IMG/VR virus record: IMGVR_UViG_3300010354_000105
Location: 1 to 57,369 of that record
Direction: 5' to 3' (one strand)
Length of the DNA: 57,369 bases
From: a virus
Taxonomy: Duplodnaviria; Caudoviricetes
Part shown: piece after piece, positions 8,419-17,301 of the stretch
Position numbering within the stretch: position 1 is the first letter of the stretch
Layout: each line of letters starts with the position of its first letter
Notes under the pieces: generated by a model
Databases searched by the model: none
The model's input: the letters and a program-made list of their open reading frames with translations, nothing else
Told to the model about the DNA's origin: nothing
Translations under genes and position numbers: made by a program

Positions 8419-9554
8419 TATCCAATTACCCATGTCAATGGCATACTGCCGTCTACCATATTCTTTAAATCTTCTTCCAATTTGGTCATTTCTTCTCTGC
8501 TCTCTGCGATCAATGCTGTACCATTGAGAGTTGTGCCACCTTGTGGACCGGCCAGCGAAGCAAACTTACTGCGGGCTTCTCCTAGAATACCTTTGGCAAA
8601 ACTATAAGCAAAGTCTTGTATCCAAGGGAATATATAGGGATCATTGAGAATCATCACATCTGGTTTTTTGTTATAGATATGTAACAGCACACTTTCTGCT
8701 GGTGTGTCTGTAAACGAACTAGTAATCTGTGTTTTACTAATATTAATTGTTTCAACGCTGGCTGCTCCTAGCGTGTTAGCAGCAGTAATAACAATGGTAT
8801 TAGTGGTCACGTCCACGGAATCAATTTGGTAATTTCCATTATATCCTGCAATAGGACAATTTTGAATACGCAAGGAACCACCGGCTTCAATGGCTGTCTG
8901 TGGTTGTGATGTAATGATAGTGATCGTACTGCCCACCTCGGTTCCGTCAGCAGTAATACTGTTAGCCCTAATCAAATTCCTACCAGTGTCGGGTATCTTA
9001 CGCACAAGAGTTAGTTTACGTGTGGCCGGGTTCCAAGTAAAATTAATATGGCCGCCAAACATTTTCATGGCTTGTTCTTGGTAATGGGTAAACAATTCAT
9101 AGTTGGCCAATCCACCAACACGACCGGCCACTAGCATATAAGTGTTAAGATAACCAGAAGCAAATGGTTCAAATTGGCTGGCTGTGGTTCCTGTAACTGA
9201 TCCTATGCCTCTACGAAAGATCTGACGTACATGCACAATTTCTTGTGGCAGTATATACTCTTGAGTTTCAGGCAACAATTCAAGAAAGGCATAACTTTCT
9301 TCTGTGCTATTAGTGGCCTTTTGTCTATACTTAACCAAGGCCTGACGGATAGCCAAATCGTAATGCTCGCTGTCCAGTTCAACATCTACAATACCGTCGG
9401 CCAAACGTAATCTTATGTAATCTTTGATTTCCTTACGTTTTTGGTCAAGTGTGTTTTCTAACTGGCTTTGATTAAAAGCAATGGGCCCGGGACCGCCAAG
9501 ACTGTCTGTGGATATGCTCTGTCTTTCATTTAGTCCCTGTTTAAGTAATGCCAT
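8418..9554 (-). CDS. gp13: Neck protein / head-tail adaptor (gp13-like) with an internal beta-rich insertion
   Basis: IKDYIRLRL..GIVDVEL, EYILPQEI..VRQIFR, WIQDFAY..AKGILGEARSKF..LAGPQGGTTLNG, EL..LEEDL and the C-terminal P.TWVIG. Confidence 0.88.
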   Translation of the reverse strand: MALLKQGLNERQSISTDSLGGPGPIAFNQSQLENTLDQKRKEIKDYIRLRLADGIVDVELDSEHYDLAIRQALVKYRQKATNSTEESYAFLELLPETQEYILPQEIVHVRQIFRRGIGSVTGTTASQFEPFASGYLNTYMLVAGRVGGLANYELFTHYQEQAMKMFGGHINFTWNPATRKLTLVRKIPDTGRNLIRANSITADGTEVGSTITIITSQPQTAIEAGGSLRIQNCPIAGYNGNYQIDSVDVTTNTIVITAANTLGAASVETINISKTQITSSFTDTPAESVLLHIYNKKPDVMILNDPYIFPWIQDFAYSFAKGILGEARSKFASLAGPQGGTTLNGTALIAESREEMTKLEEDLKNMVDGSMPLTWVIG

Positions 9555-9560
9555 AAAAAT

Positions 9561-9591
9561 AGTCCTCAGATAACATATTTACCTGAGGACT
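9561..9591 (-). promoter_or_regulatory. Hairpin with a late promoter box (GTAAATA) in its loop and the gp13 RBS in its 3' arm; may also terminate the upstream transcript
   Basis: Minus strand reads AGTCCTCAG-GTAAATATGTTAT-CTGAGGACT-ATTTTT-ATG. Confidence 0.75.
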
Positions 9592-9597
9592 GACGAG

Positions 9598-10779
9598 TTA
9601 GCCCACTTTGAGTAACACAGTTTCCTCGTTGATACGACCGTTAAGACGCACTTCCACTGCTTTAATGTCTTTTAAGAAAGTTCTTAATGCTACCTTCCCT
9701 GCTTTTAAGAACTCTTTGAGTTGCTCGTCGGGCTTGCGCAGTGTTTTAGCCAGACTCTTGGCTTCATCATAACCAACAATTGTGGTACCTTTAACACCAA
9801 GTTGGCCCATGGCTTCTGCCACATAGCGTCCAAGTTTACGAGTCTTAGTATTAAACACCCATAGTTCTTGGGCACCAATGATGTCCACTGGATTAATACT
9901 AACCACTTTAAGTGCACGATCTTCGCGAGCATATTTGAGTTTGGCAACTACCTTTTCTTTGGCTGGCGCTTTTCGTACTCGGGCTTTTTTAACTGCCTTC
10001 TTAATGCCGCGGTACTGCTCAATTCCAGCCAACAGATCAGCAAGAAAGGCAAACAAACGTTTATAATCACCAGCGCGATAGTGACGATATGACTCCACCA
10101 GTTGTGCATCTTGTTTATCCTGAGCCGCCATGAGTTCTTGAGTTCGATTTTGAAATACCGACTCATATTTACCCAATTGACTCTGGGGTACTCGTTGCAC
10201 TGTTAAGAAATCATAAACTTTGAAATCTACTTTTTCTCCACGCAACACTTGATCGTAGACACCTTCGATTTCGCCAATTAATTCTGCTGTACGTTCTTGT
10301 AGCCTGTCCTGGATGGTTATCTTACGCTCTACAACTTGGCTAGGAGCAGCAATGGCTTCATCCCCGGCATCACCATGCTTGGCCGCTAGTGCTATACTGT
10401 ACTCCACTTGCTGATGTAAGTACTTGACATGTCGGTCCAGTAAGGGCATACCACGTCTATGAGCCATAATCAAGCTACACGGAGTCATAACCACATAGCG
10501 GTCACCTATACGCTCGAATTTATCAATGACTTTTTTGTCAAATTTGGCATTACGTCGTACCCAATCATTAAGATACTTGCGACATTGCTTGACTGAATAG
10601 TGGTAATTGTAGTACTGAAAACTTTTGCGCAGGTGATGATCAAAGGTAGCGTCATCAAAGTCCAAGGCACGCTCGGTGTCCCATTGCGGTTCTGGACCTG
10701 TGGCTTTTTCGTCACTGGCTAAAACTCTAGCATTGGGCTCTTTTTTCTTAGGTACTTTGATGCCTTTGATAATAGCCAT
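9598..10779 (-). CDS. Hypothetical phage protein (393 aa, Lys-rich C-terminal domain)
   Basis: Long ORF with an AGGAG RBS, co-oriented with 10789-11040 behind a sigma70 promoter; function not recognised. Confidence 0.75.
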   Translation of the reverse strand: MAIIKGIKVPKKKEPNARVLASDEKATGPEPQWDTERALDFDDATFDHHLRKSFQYYNYHYSVKQCRKYLNDWVRRNAKFDKKVIDKFERIGDRYVVMTPCSLIMAHRRGMPLLDRHVKYLHQQVEYSIALAAKHGDAGDEAIAAPSQVVERKITIQDRLQERTAELIGEIEGVYDQVLRGEKVDFKVYDFLTVQRVPQSQLGKYESVFQNRTQELMAAQDKQDAQLVESYRHYRAGDYKRLFAFLADLLAGIEQYRGIKKAVKKARVRKAPAKEKVVAKLKYAREDRALKVVSINPVDIIGAQELWVFNTKTRKLGRYVAEAMGQLGVKGTTIVGYDEAKSLAKTLRKPDEQLKEFLKAGKVALRTFLKDIKAVEVRLNGRINEETVLLKVG

Positions 10780-10788
10780 GTTTTGCTC

Positions 10789-11040
10789 CTAAATTGTCAA
10801 TAATGCTAGTGTAACATATTGATCAAGATTTGTCACGGCTTCTTGGAACTTGTTGTTTAAATCCCACAATCGATGATTTTGCAGTAAATGTCTGCTGTTG
10901 ACTTGCTCTTGCGCTATTTCCCGTTTGAGATTTTCACAATTACGGTACATCTTGAGTAGATCCTTTCGCACACTATACGGACCAATACTGCGTATGCGCT
11001 CAGGCAACTTCTCGTAAAGTTCCAAAATTTCTGAGTCCAT
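10789..11040 (-). CDS. Hypothetical protein (83 aa, helical)
   Basis: ATG lies 6 nt downstream of a perfect -10 box. Confidence 0.7.
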   Translation of the reverse strand: MDSEILELYEKLPERIRSIGPYSVRKDLLKMYRNCENLKREIAQEQVNSRHLLQNHRLWDLNNKFQEAVTNLDQYVTLALLTI

Positions 11041-11074
11041 AATGTAATTATACAGCCTATCCGAAATTTGTCAA
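11041..11074 (-). promoter_or_regulatory. Consensus sigma70 promoter, probably giving a leaderless mRNA
   Basis: Minus strand reads TTGACA-N16-TATAAT-TACATT-ATG. Confidence 0.8.
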
Positions 11075-11084
11075 TATGTTAACC

Positions 11085-11091
11085 ATAAATA
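11085..11091 (+). promoter_or_regulatory. Late promoter box (ATAAATA) for the gp14-gp15-Nudix operon
   Basis: ATAAATA, then AAGGA at 11104-11108, then GTG at 11115. Confidence 0.75.
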
Positions 11092-11114
11092 CTAGATATT
11101 TACAAGGAATCGCA

Positions 11115-12200
11115 GTGCCTAGACTAAGTTTATGGAAAAACGGTACTCATAGCAACGATTACAAGTTTTTTGATCAACGCATATCCGAAATCTTTACCAT
11201 TTCGGGCACAGGTGTGCTGGTACACAAATACCTAGGACCCATAAATCAGACTGACAGCACTGACCTTACTCAACCCAGTTATGCAACTCAAAGTGAACTA
11301 AACATACAGGACCTACTGCTGTTAGAGAATCGTGATCGTAAGTACGAAGAAAATGTATATCGTATGCGTGGCATTTATCAGGTCACAGACAATGCGTTCG
11401 ATCTTACACAGTTCGGTCTGTTTCTGCAAACTGGCACACTGTTTATGACTTTCCATATCAATGACATGATTGCCACCATGGGTCGTAAAATCATGAACGG
11501 CGATGTACTGGAACTAGAACATCTTATGGATTACGAAACACTAGATCCCAGTTTGCCAGTGGCACTAAAAAGATTTTTTGTAGTCAGCGATTGTACTCGT
11601 GCGGCCGAGGGATACAGTCCAACTTGGTGGCCTCATCTATGGCGCTGTAAGATTAACCCATTGGTTGACAGCCAAGAATACAAAGACATACTAAGTCGAA
11701 TCACTGCATCACCTACTAACTCTACGCCTTTGTCAGACATATTAAGCAGTTATAACAAATATGTGGATATCAATAACGCAGTAGTAGCACAGTCTGAAGC
11801 CGAAATACCTGTTAGCGGTTACGATACAAGTTCCATATACCATCGTAGTCAGGACAGCAACACACCTGATTTCGCAGTAAACGGTTACTTGACCGGCATG
11901 GGGGTTCCTCCCAATGGGCTTCCTACTACATCGGGTATTACTTTCCCCAATAATCCTACCGAAGGACAATATCATTTAAGAACTGACTATTTGCCAAATC
12001 GACTATTTAGATTCGACGGCACACGCTGGACCAAGATCGAAGACGAAGTTCGTACCAACATCACCAATAATTCCACTGATAATCTCACACAGCGTAACAG
12101 TTTCATTACCAATGATCGTACTTTCACTGATGTACGTGGTAACACGCAGCCCGAAAAACAAAACCTCAACGACATACTTAAACCCAGGGCCGACAACTAA
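11115..12200 (+). CDS. gp14: Neck / head-closure protein (gp14-like)
   Basis: The likely start is GTG 11115 (MPRLSLWK). Motifs IQDLLLLENRDRKY, FDLTQFGLFL, GRKIMNGDVLEL, AEGYSPTWWPHLWR. Lies directly upstream of the gp15-like gene. Confidence 0.78.
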   Translation: MPRLSLWKNGTHSNDYKFFDQRISEIFTISGTGVLVHKYLGPINQTDSTDLTQPSYATQSELNIQDLLLLENRDRKYEENVYRMRGIYQVTDNAFDLTQFGLFLQTGTLFMTFHINDMIATMGRKIMNGDVLELEHLMDYETLDPSLPVALKRFFVVSDCTRAAEGYSPTWWPHLWRCKINPLVDSQEYKDILSRITASPTNSTPLSDILSSYNKYVDINNAVVAQSEAEIPVSGYDTSSIYHRSQDSNTPDFAVNGYLTGMGVPPNGLPTTSGITFPNNPTEGQYHLRTDYLPNRLFRFDGTRWTKIEDEVRTNITNNSTDNLTQRNSFITNDRTFTDVRGNTQPEKQNLNDILKPRADN

Positions 12201-12202
12201 TC

Positions 12203-13636
12203 ATGAGTTCATATTTTTATTCAGGTCAGATACGACGATTTCTACAACAATTCATCAGAGTACTCAATAACTTCGAAGTAGAACTTGGCCAAAATCGTGA
12301 AGGTGTACGCACTCTTATAAGAGTACCAATTTATTATGGCGACAGCAGCAGACAAGTTGCCAGTATTATTGCTAAGAATTCTGAAAACAGTCTTCCCAGT
12401 GTGCCGGCAATGAGTGTGTATGTCAGTGATTTTGTTTACGATCGGGCTAGACTACAAGAACCACAGTTTGTTAGCAAAATGCAACTCAGACAGCGTGCCT
12501 ATGATCCTGCTACCGGTCAGTTCACACAATATCAAGGTGATTTGCTCACTGTGGAAAGATTAATGCCAGTGCCTTACTTGTTAACTTTAAAAGTTGACAT
12601 TTGGACTAGCAACACTGAACAAAAATTCCAATTGTTGGAACAAATAGCAGTGCTGTTTAATCCTAGTCTTGAATTACAAAACAGCGACAGTTACGTTGAT
12701 TGGACTAGTTTGAGTTACATAACGTTAACTGGATCAATATTCAGCAGTCGGTCGGTTCCCATTGGCACCGAGGAACCCATTGATGTTAGTACGCTGACAT
12801 TCGAACTACCGGTTTGGTTAAGTCCTCCAGCCAAGGTCAAACGCCAAGGGGTAATACAAAAGATTTTAGCCAATGTCTATGATGCACAAGGCACTGTTGA
12901 TCAAAATAATAATACATTCGACATCGAGGGCAGTTTATTTGCCACACAACGAATTTATACTCCTATTAATTTAAATGTGGTCTACTTGGGTAACACCTTG
13001 AAATTGTACGTTAACGAAAGCGAAATAGCCTTCGATGATGGTACTGTTCCGCCAATGACCGAAGGTGATTGGGGAGTGGCAGTAAGAACATTTGGCGAAC
13101 TCAGCGGTACCGGTAATGTTGATTTGCTAACCAATGGTATTAGTCAGGTTAGATTAGAAAACGACGGTGTTACTGTGGTTGGCACTGTGGCCTATCATCC
13201 CACTGATGCTAGTTTATTGATCTTTAATGTCGACACTGACACACTACCAGTAAACACCCTGAGCCCAATTAACGCTATCATTGACCCAAGGAATGTTACT
13301 GTTAACAGCGGATTATTAAATCCTGTAACCGGGACACGTTATTTAATTTTAGACAGCATCGGTCACCTAGACAATAACGATAATAATGCTCTCACTGTAG
13401 ACGGCGCACCGGTTTGGAATAGAGCAGGTCAACCACAATTAATTGCCAATGCCAATGACATAATTCAATGGGATGGATCAAAATGGACAGTGTCCTTTGA
13501 TAGCCAGCTAACTACTAGTGTACAATATGTAACTAATCTTACCACCGGTGTTCAATACAAATGGAAAAACAGTCAATGGTCAAAAAGCGTGGAAGGACGC
13601 TACGGAGTGGGCGCCTGGAGTTTCGCGCCAAATTAA
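12203..13636 (+). CDS. gp15: Tail terminator / sheath stabiliser (gp15-like) with a C-terminal extension
   Basis: YFYSGQIRRFL.QF, RVPIYYG, YDRARLQ, MPVPY.L..KVDIW, QLLEQI..LFNP, TLTF.LPVWLSPPAKVK. Confidence 0.88.
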   Translation: MSSYFYSGQIRRFLQQFIRVLNNFEVELGQNREGVRTLIRVPIYYGDSSRQVASIIAKNSENSLPSVPAMSVYVSDFVYDRARLQEPQFVSKMQLRQRAYDPATGQFTQYQGDLLTVERLMPVPYLLTLKVDIWTSNTEQKFQLLEQIAVLFNPSLELQNSDSYVDWTSLSYITLTGSIFSSRSVPIGTEEPIDVSTLTFELPVWLSPPAKVKRQGVIQKILANVYDAQGTVDQNNNTFDIEGSLFATQRIYTPINLNVVYLGNTLKLYVNESEIAFDDGTVPPMTEGDWGVAVRTFGELSGTGNVDLLTNGISQVRLENDGVTVVGTVAYHPTDASLLIFNVDTDTLPVNTLSPINAIIDPRNVTVNSGLLNPVTGTRYLILDSIGHLDNNDNNALTVDGAPVWNRAGQPQLIANANDIIQWDGSKWTVSFDSQLTTSVQYVTNLTTGVQYKWKNSQWSKSVEGRYGVGAWSFAPN

Positions 13637-14049
13637 TACAGGGTGTTGGAGCACTAATATTTTCTAAAAAAACCAAACGCTACTTATTTTTACTCAGAAA
13701 TGGCGGCAGTTGGTCAATGACCTGGGCCCTGCCCGGGGGTAAAATGAATGCTGACGAAACTGTAATAGTTGGTTTGGCCAGAGAAATCGAAGAAGAACTA
13801 GGTGGTCGAATCAATGATCCTAAATTAATTCCCATCGAAAAGTACACCAGCGACGACCATCGTTTTGTATATCATACTTTTTTTATCAGCGTCGACGATG
13901 AATTCGTGCCCGAACTCAATGACGAGCATATAGGTTATGCTTGGTTGCCACTGCGAGCACTACCAAAACCATTGCATCCTGGAATTGTCAGAACAATGAA
14001 TTCATCTGTGGTCTTAGAAAAAATACAGATTTCAGAACAATTGTGTTAG
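13561..14049 (+). CDS. Nudix hydrolase (start uncertain; overlaps the gp15 3' end)
   Basis: Nudix box GGKMNADETVIVGLAREIEEELG; also LNDEHIGYAW and PLHPG. Confidence 0.9.
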   Translation: MEKQSMVKKRGRTLRSGRLEFRAKLIQGVGALIFSKKTKRYLFLLRNGGSWSMTWALPGGKMNADETVIVGLAREIEEELGGRINDPKLIPIEKYTSDDHRFVYHTFFISVDDEFVPELNDEHIGYAWLPLRALPKPLHPGIVRTMNSSVVLEKIQISEQLC

Positions 14050-16616
14050 AGTACAAAACTACCTGACGTTGTAAACACATGCATGGTTTTATTTGAACCG
14101 GCGTCGTATACCACTGATCCCCCGGTGGCACGCTGAATTCCAGTATACCGTATTATACAAACCCCGCTGCCACCTTGTTTGCCTTGTTGTGGATTACCAG
14201 CAGCTCCACCAGCACCACCACCACCTCCGGTGTTTGCTACCCCAGCAGTACATCCATTGGTACTGAATGTAGCACTGCCGCCGCCACCTAGACCGCCAAT
14301 GGCACCAGTACCGCCACCACCACCAGCAAGATAATATACACCCCCACTTAATTCACCAACTGTGCTGCCTGCAAATGGGTTGGCCCGACCGACACCACCT
14401 AAACCGGTGCCACTTGAGGCTTGTGAAATTCCGCCCTCCCCACCGGCTCCACCACCGCCACCATATTGACCAGTCTGTTGATTGCCTGCTGATGCGCCAC
14501 CAAATCCATATCCATAACCATACGTGCTAAACTGCAACCCAGATGTGGCTGACCATCCGTCGGCACCACCGCCACAACCACCTGAACTACCATTAACACC
14601 AGTGCCATCTCTGCCGCCGCCGATACCGCCGCCCATAGCAGTGTAGTTTATTCCTAGGCCAATTATAGTACTGTTTGTTCCGTTGGTACCAGCCACGTTG
14701 TACCCACCAGGTGGTGGACTTCCACCACCGCCAATGGTGATCGTGTAGGATTGTCCTGTTTGAGCAGTAGCATTAAAAATTTCTACAAATCCGCCAGCAC
14801 CACCGCCACCAGCATTGTGATTACCAGAGTTAGCATAACCCCCGGCTCCGCCGCCGCCGATGATCAATACGTCGAGTTTAAATGCAGTGGTACTAAAAGT
14901 AATACTACCAGTACCGGCTGTAAAAGAAGTTATTTTAAATTGCCCAGATGTTGCAGTACTGGCAGTAAGACCAGCGCCAACTGATATTGAATTTGCGATA
15001 GGATATTTTAGTATGATTACTCCGGAACCACCGGAGCCTCCTGTGGTTCCCCCGCCGGCACCGCCGCCGGTGTTGGCAGACCCAGATCCACCTGTTCCAT
15101 TGGTCACCGCTGAGCCACCACCGCCGGATCCACCTGTACCGGCAGTTGCACTGCCACCTCCGCCACCGCCGCCAGCATAATAAACATTACTACCGGTTAT
15201 ATTCAACTGAACACCAATACCACCGTTGCCGCCTACTGTGTTCCCGGCATTATCTCCTACTGCCCCGGCACCGCCACCACCACCGCCGGCGTTGTTGCCA
15301 TTGGAAACCCCGCCCATGTTTGATCCGCCGTTATTGCCTTGGCCCAGAACTCCGGTACCTCCTAGATTAAAATCATTGAAACTTCCAGCCGAGCCTGCTC
15401 CTCCGCCTGAGCCACCGTTGAATCCGGTTTGTGCCCAGGAATAACTACCACCGCAACCTCCGCCGACGGCAGTAACAGAAGAAAACACCGAATTAGATCC
15501 ATTTGAACCCCCGCTGTACCCTCCACTGGTATTATTAGAGGCCCCGGATCCCCCAGCACCAATGGTAAGCGAATATGACGTCCCAGTTAACAAACGCAAC
15601 GAACTAGTTATCAAACCCCCGGCACCACCTCCACCACCGATGCCGCTACCTACTACATATCTTCCTGACCCACCTCCACCACCACCGGCCACTACCAAAT
15701 AATCTAGTGTAAAAATTGCAAAAATTTCAAATGTGCCCGACGAAGTATAAACATGATAGGTGTAGCCGCCTTGAGTTGTGATAGTTCCGCCAATGGCTGC
15801 TTGACTCCCAGGATAACGAATTATCACTATGCCTGAACCACCATTGGCCCCGTTCACAGTGGTAACATAATCAAACGATGCACCACCGCCACCGCTGCCT
15901 GTGTTGGAAGTGGCATTTGTACCAGATCCGCCACCGGTAGCGCCACCACCGCCACCTGCTCCATTTACTCCACCGGTACCCGACGGTCTACCACCCCCAC
16001 CTCCGCCGGCATACGCACCACTGACCCCAGTCGATGTTGCCGATGACCAAGAACTGAAGGTACTTATAGCAGCACCGCCATTTCCACCGGCTCCGCCGCC
16101 TACACTTTGCCCAACGCCGCCGGCACCACCTCCACCGCCGCCGCTATAATCGTTTGGTCCCCCAGATGAACCCGTGCCACCATTATTACCGTAACCAGTG
16201 AATCTAGAAGGAGTATTTGCTGCTTGATTTGATGAGCCCCCACTGGCAGCGCCGCCTCCGCCACCTGACCCTCCGGGCCCACCGGGGGATTCCCTACCCC
16301 CATAACCGCCGCCTTTGGCTGCTAGGTTTAACCCCCCACCTGTTACCGTTGTGTCGGTACCAACTGTGCCATTAAATTGTCCTGTTGCCCCTGTTCCGCC
16401 GCCACCAATGGTGATACTATATGTTAAAGATGAACTACGATCTTGGCTAATAGACCCGTATAGTACACCGCCGGCTCCGCCACCACCACCGCCGCCCCAA
16501 CCGCCGTAGCCTCCACCGCCACCGCCACCACCGATGACTAATAAATCGATTAATAGATTTTTCGGACTTGCAATGCGCCTAAGTCCCCGAAAAACCACAC
16601 TGTTTAAAACCGGCAT
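14046..16616 (-). CDS. Glycine-rich adhesin-like virion protein made of three tandem Gly-rich modules
   Basis: Three modules, each starting (L/V)(L/V)(V/I)(I/A)GGGG.GG and ending GGSG.(V/C)II(R/K)Y...(F/Y)T.(S/G)G. Confidence 0.75.
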   Translation of the reverse strand: MPVLNSVVFRGLRRIASPKNLLIDLLVIGGGGGGGGYGGWGGGGGGGAGGVLYGSISQDRSSSLTYSITIGGGGTGATGQFNGTVGTDTTVTGGGLNLAAKGGGYGGRESPGGPGGSGGGGGAASGGSSNQAANTPSRFTGYGNNGGTGSSGGPNDYSGGGGGGAGGVGQSVGGGAGGNGGAAISTFSSWSSATSTGVSGAYAGGGGGGRPSGTGGVNGAGGGGGATGGGSGTNATSNTGSGGGGASFDYVTTVNGANGGSGIVIIRYPGSQAAIGGTITTQGGYTYHVYTSSGTFEIFAIFTLDYLVVAGGGGGGSGRYVVGSGIGGGGGAGGLITSSLRLLTGTSYSLTIGAGGSGASNNTSGGYSGGSNGSNSVFSSVTAVGGGCGGSYSWAQTGFNGGSGGGAGSAGSFNDFNLGGTGVLGQGNNGGSNMGGVSNGNNAGGGGGGAGAVGDNAGNTVGGNGGIGVQLNITGSNVYYAGGGGGGGSATAGTGGSGGGGSAVTNGTGGSGSANTGGGAGGGTTGGSGGSGVIILKYPIANSISVGAGLTASTATSGQFKITSFTAGTGSITFSTTAFKLDVLIIGGGGAGGYANSGNHNAGGGGAGGFVEIFNATAQTGQSYTITIGGGGSPPPGGYNVAGTNGTNSTIIGLGINYTAMGGGIGGGRDGTGVNGSSGGCGGGADGWSATSGLQFSTYGYGYGFGGASAGNQQTGQYGGGGGAGGEGGISQASSGTGLGGVGRANPFAGSTVGELSGGVYYLAGGGGGTGAIGGLGGGGSATFSTNGCTAGVANTGGGGGAGGAAGNPQQGKQGGSGVCIIRYTGIQRATGGSVVYDAGSNKTMHVFTTSGSFVL

Positions 16617-16619
16617 AAT

Positions 16620-17267
16620 TTATCCAAACGTGGCATAGGATCCAAAAACTATCCAACTACCGGCATTACGCACTAGATTAAACGAGGCCATGTCTTTTTT
16701 ATTGGCCACTGGAGTTGGTGTTAATCCTTCGAGCCAGTTTATTGTTTGTGCAACTCCATCAATTTGAACTGCATTAGGAAAGTAAGGTGAGGCACCTTGA
16801 ATAAGAACCAGTGTAAAATTAACCACAGAACCGGCGGTAGTCGGCACGTTTGTAAAATTGGCAGTAAAATTGGCTGCTATGCTAGTGTGTATCCAAATGC
16901 CGCCCACTGTATAATTGTGTGCCACAGTACCGGTGCTACCGGTCAAAGTATTCGATGCTTCTAACACAAAGTTCGGTGACGGACCTGTACTTCCAGTGGC
17001 ACCGGTTAGTCCAGTGGAACCGGTTAGTCCAGTGGCACCAATCACTCTGCCTGCATTGATGGTGCTGTTACTTGATAATCCAATGACTAAGTTTCCAGTT
17101 GAAACATTTGCACTAGTTACCGACACCCCGGTGGCACCAGTTAACCCAGTGGCTCCGATTATGCCTACGCTGGTTAAATTCCATGCTAGGCCGTCCCAGA
17201 TCCAACTGCGACCATTTAATACATAGGTACTACCTATTGTGGGATTCGACGGGTAATCTAAGGGCAT
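16620..17267 (-). CDS. Short collagen-like fibre/adaptor protein, paralog of 18717-19325
   Basis: N-terminal YPSNP..G..Y..NG..W.WDG..W, GAT triplets, and a C-terminal domain closely similar to 18717-19325 ([31 protein letters not shown]). Confidence 0.75.
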   Translation of the reverse strand: MPLDYPSNPTIGSTYVLNGRSWIWDGLAWNLTSVGIIGATGLTGATGVSVTSANVSTGNLVIGLSSNSTINAGRVIGATGLTGSTGLTGATGSTGPSPNFVLEASNTLTGSTGTVAHNYTVGGIWIHTSIAANFTANFTNVPTTAGSVVNFTLVLIQGASPYFPNAVQIDGVAQTINWLEGLTPTPVANKKDMASFNLVRNAGSWIVFGSYATFG

Positions 17268-17284
17268 TTTTTTAACCTTTTAAT

Positions 17285-17291
17285 TATTTAT
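17285..17291 (-). promoter_or_regulatory. Late promoter box (ATAAATA)
   Basis: tatttat upstream of ATG 17267. Confidence 0.65.
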
Positions 17292-17301
17292 TTTAAGAAC
17301 G

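Noticed and set aside
16614-16622. In-frame TAA-ATT-ATG as readthrough fusing adaptor and adhesin
   Set aside because: The paralogous cassette (18714-18719) has a 2-nt gap that is out of frame, so the frame match is probably coincidental.
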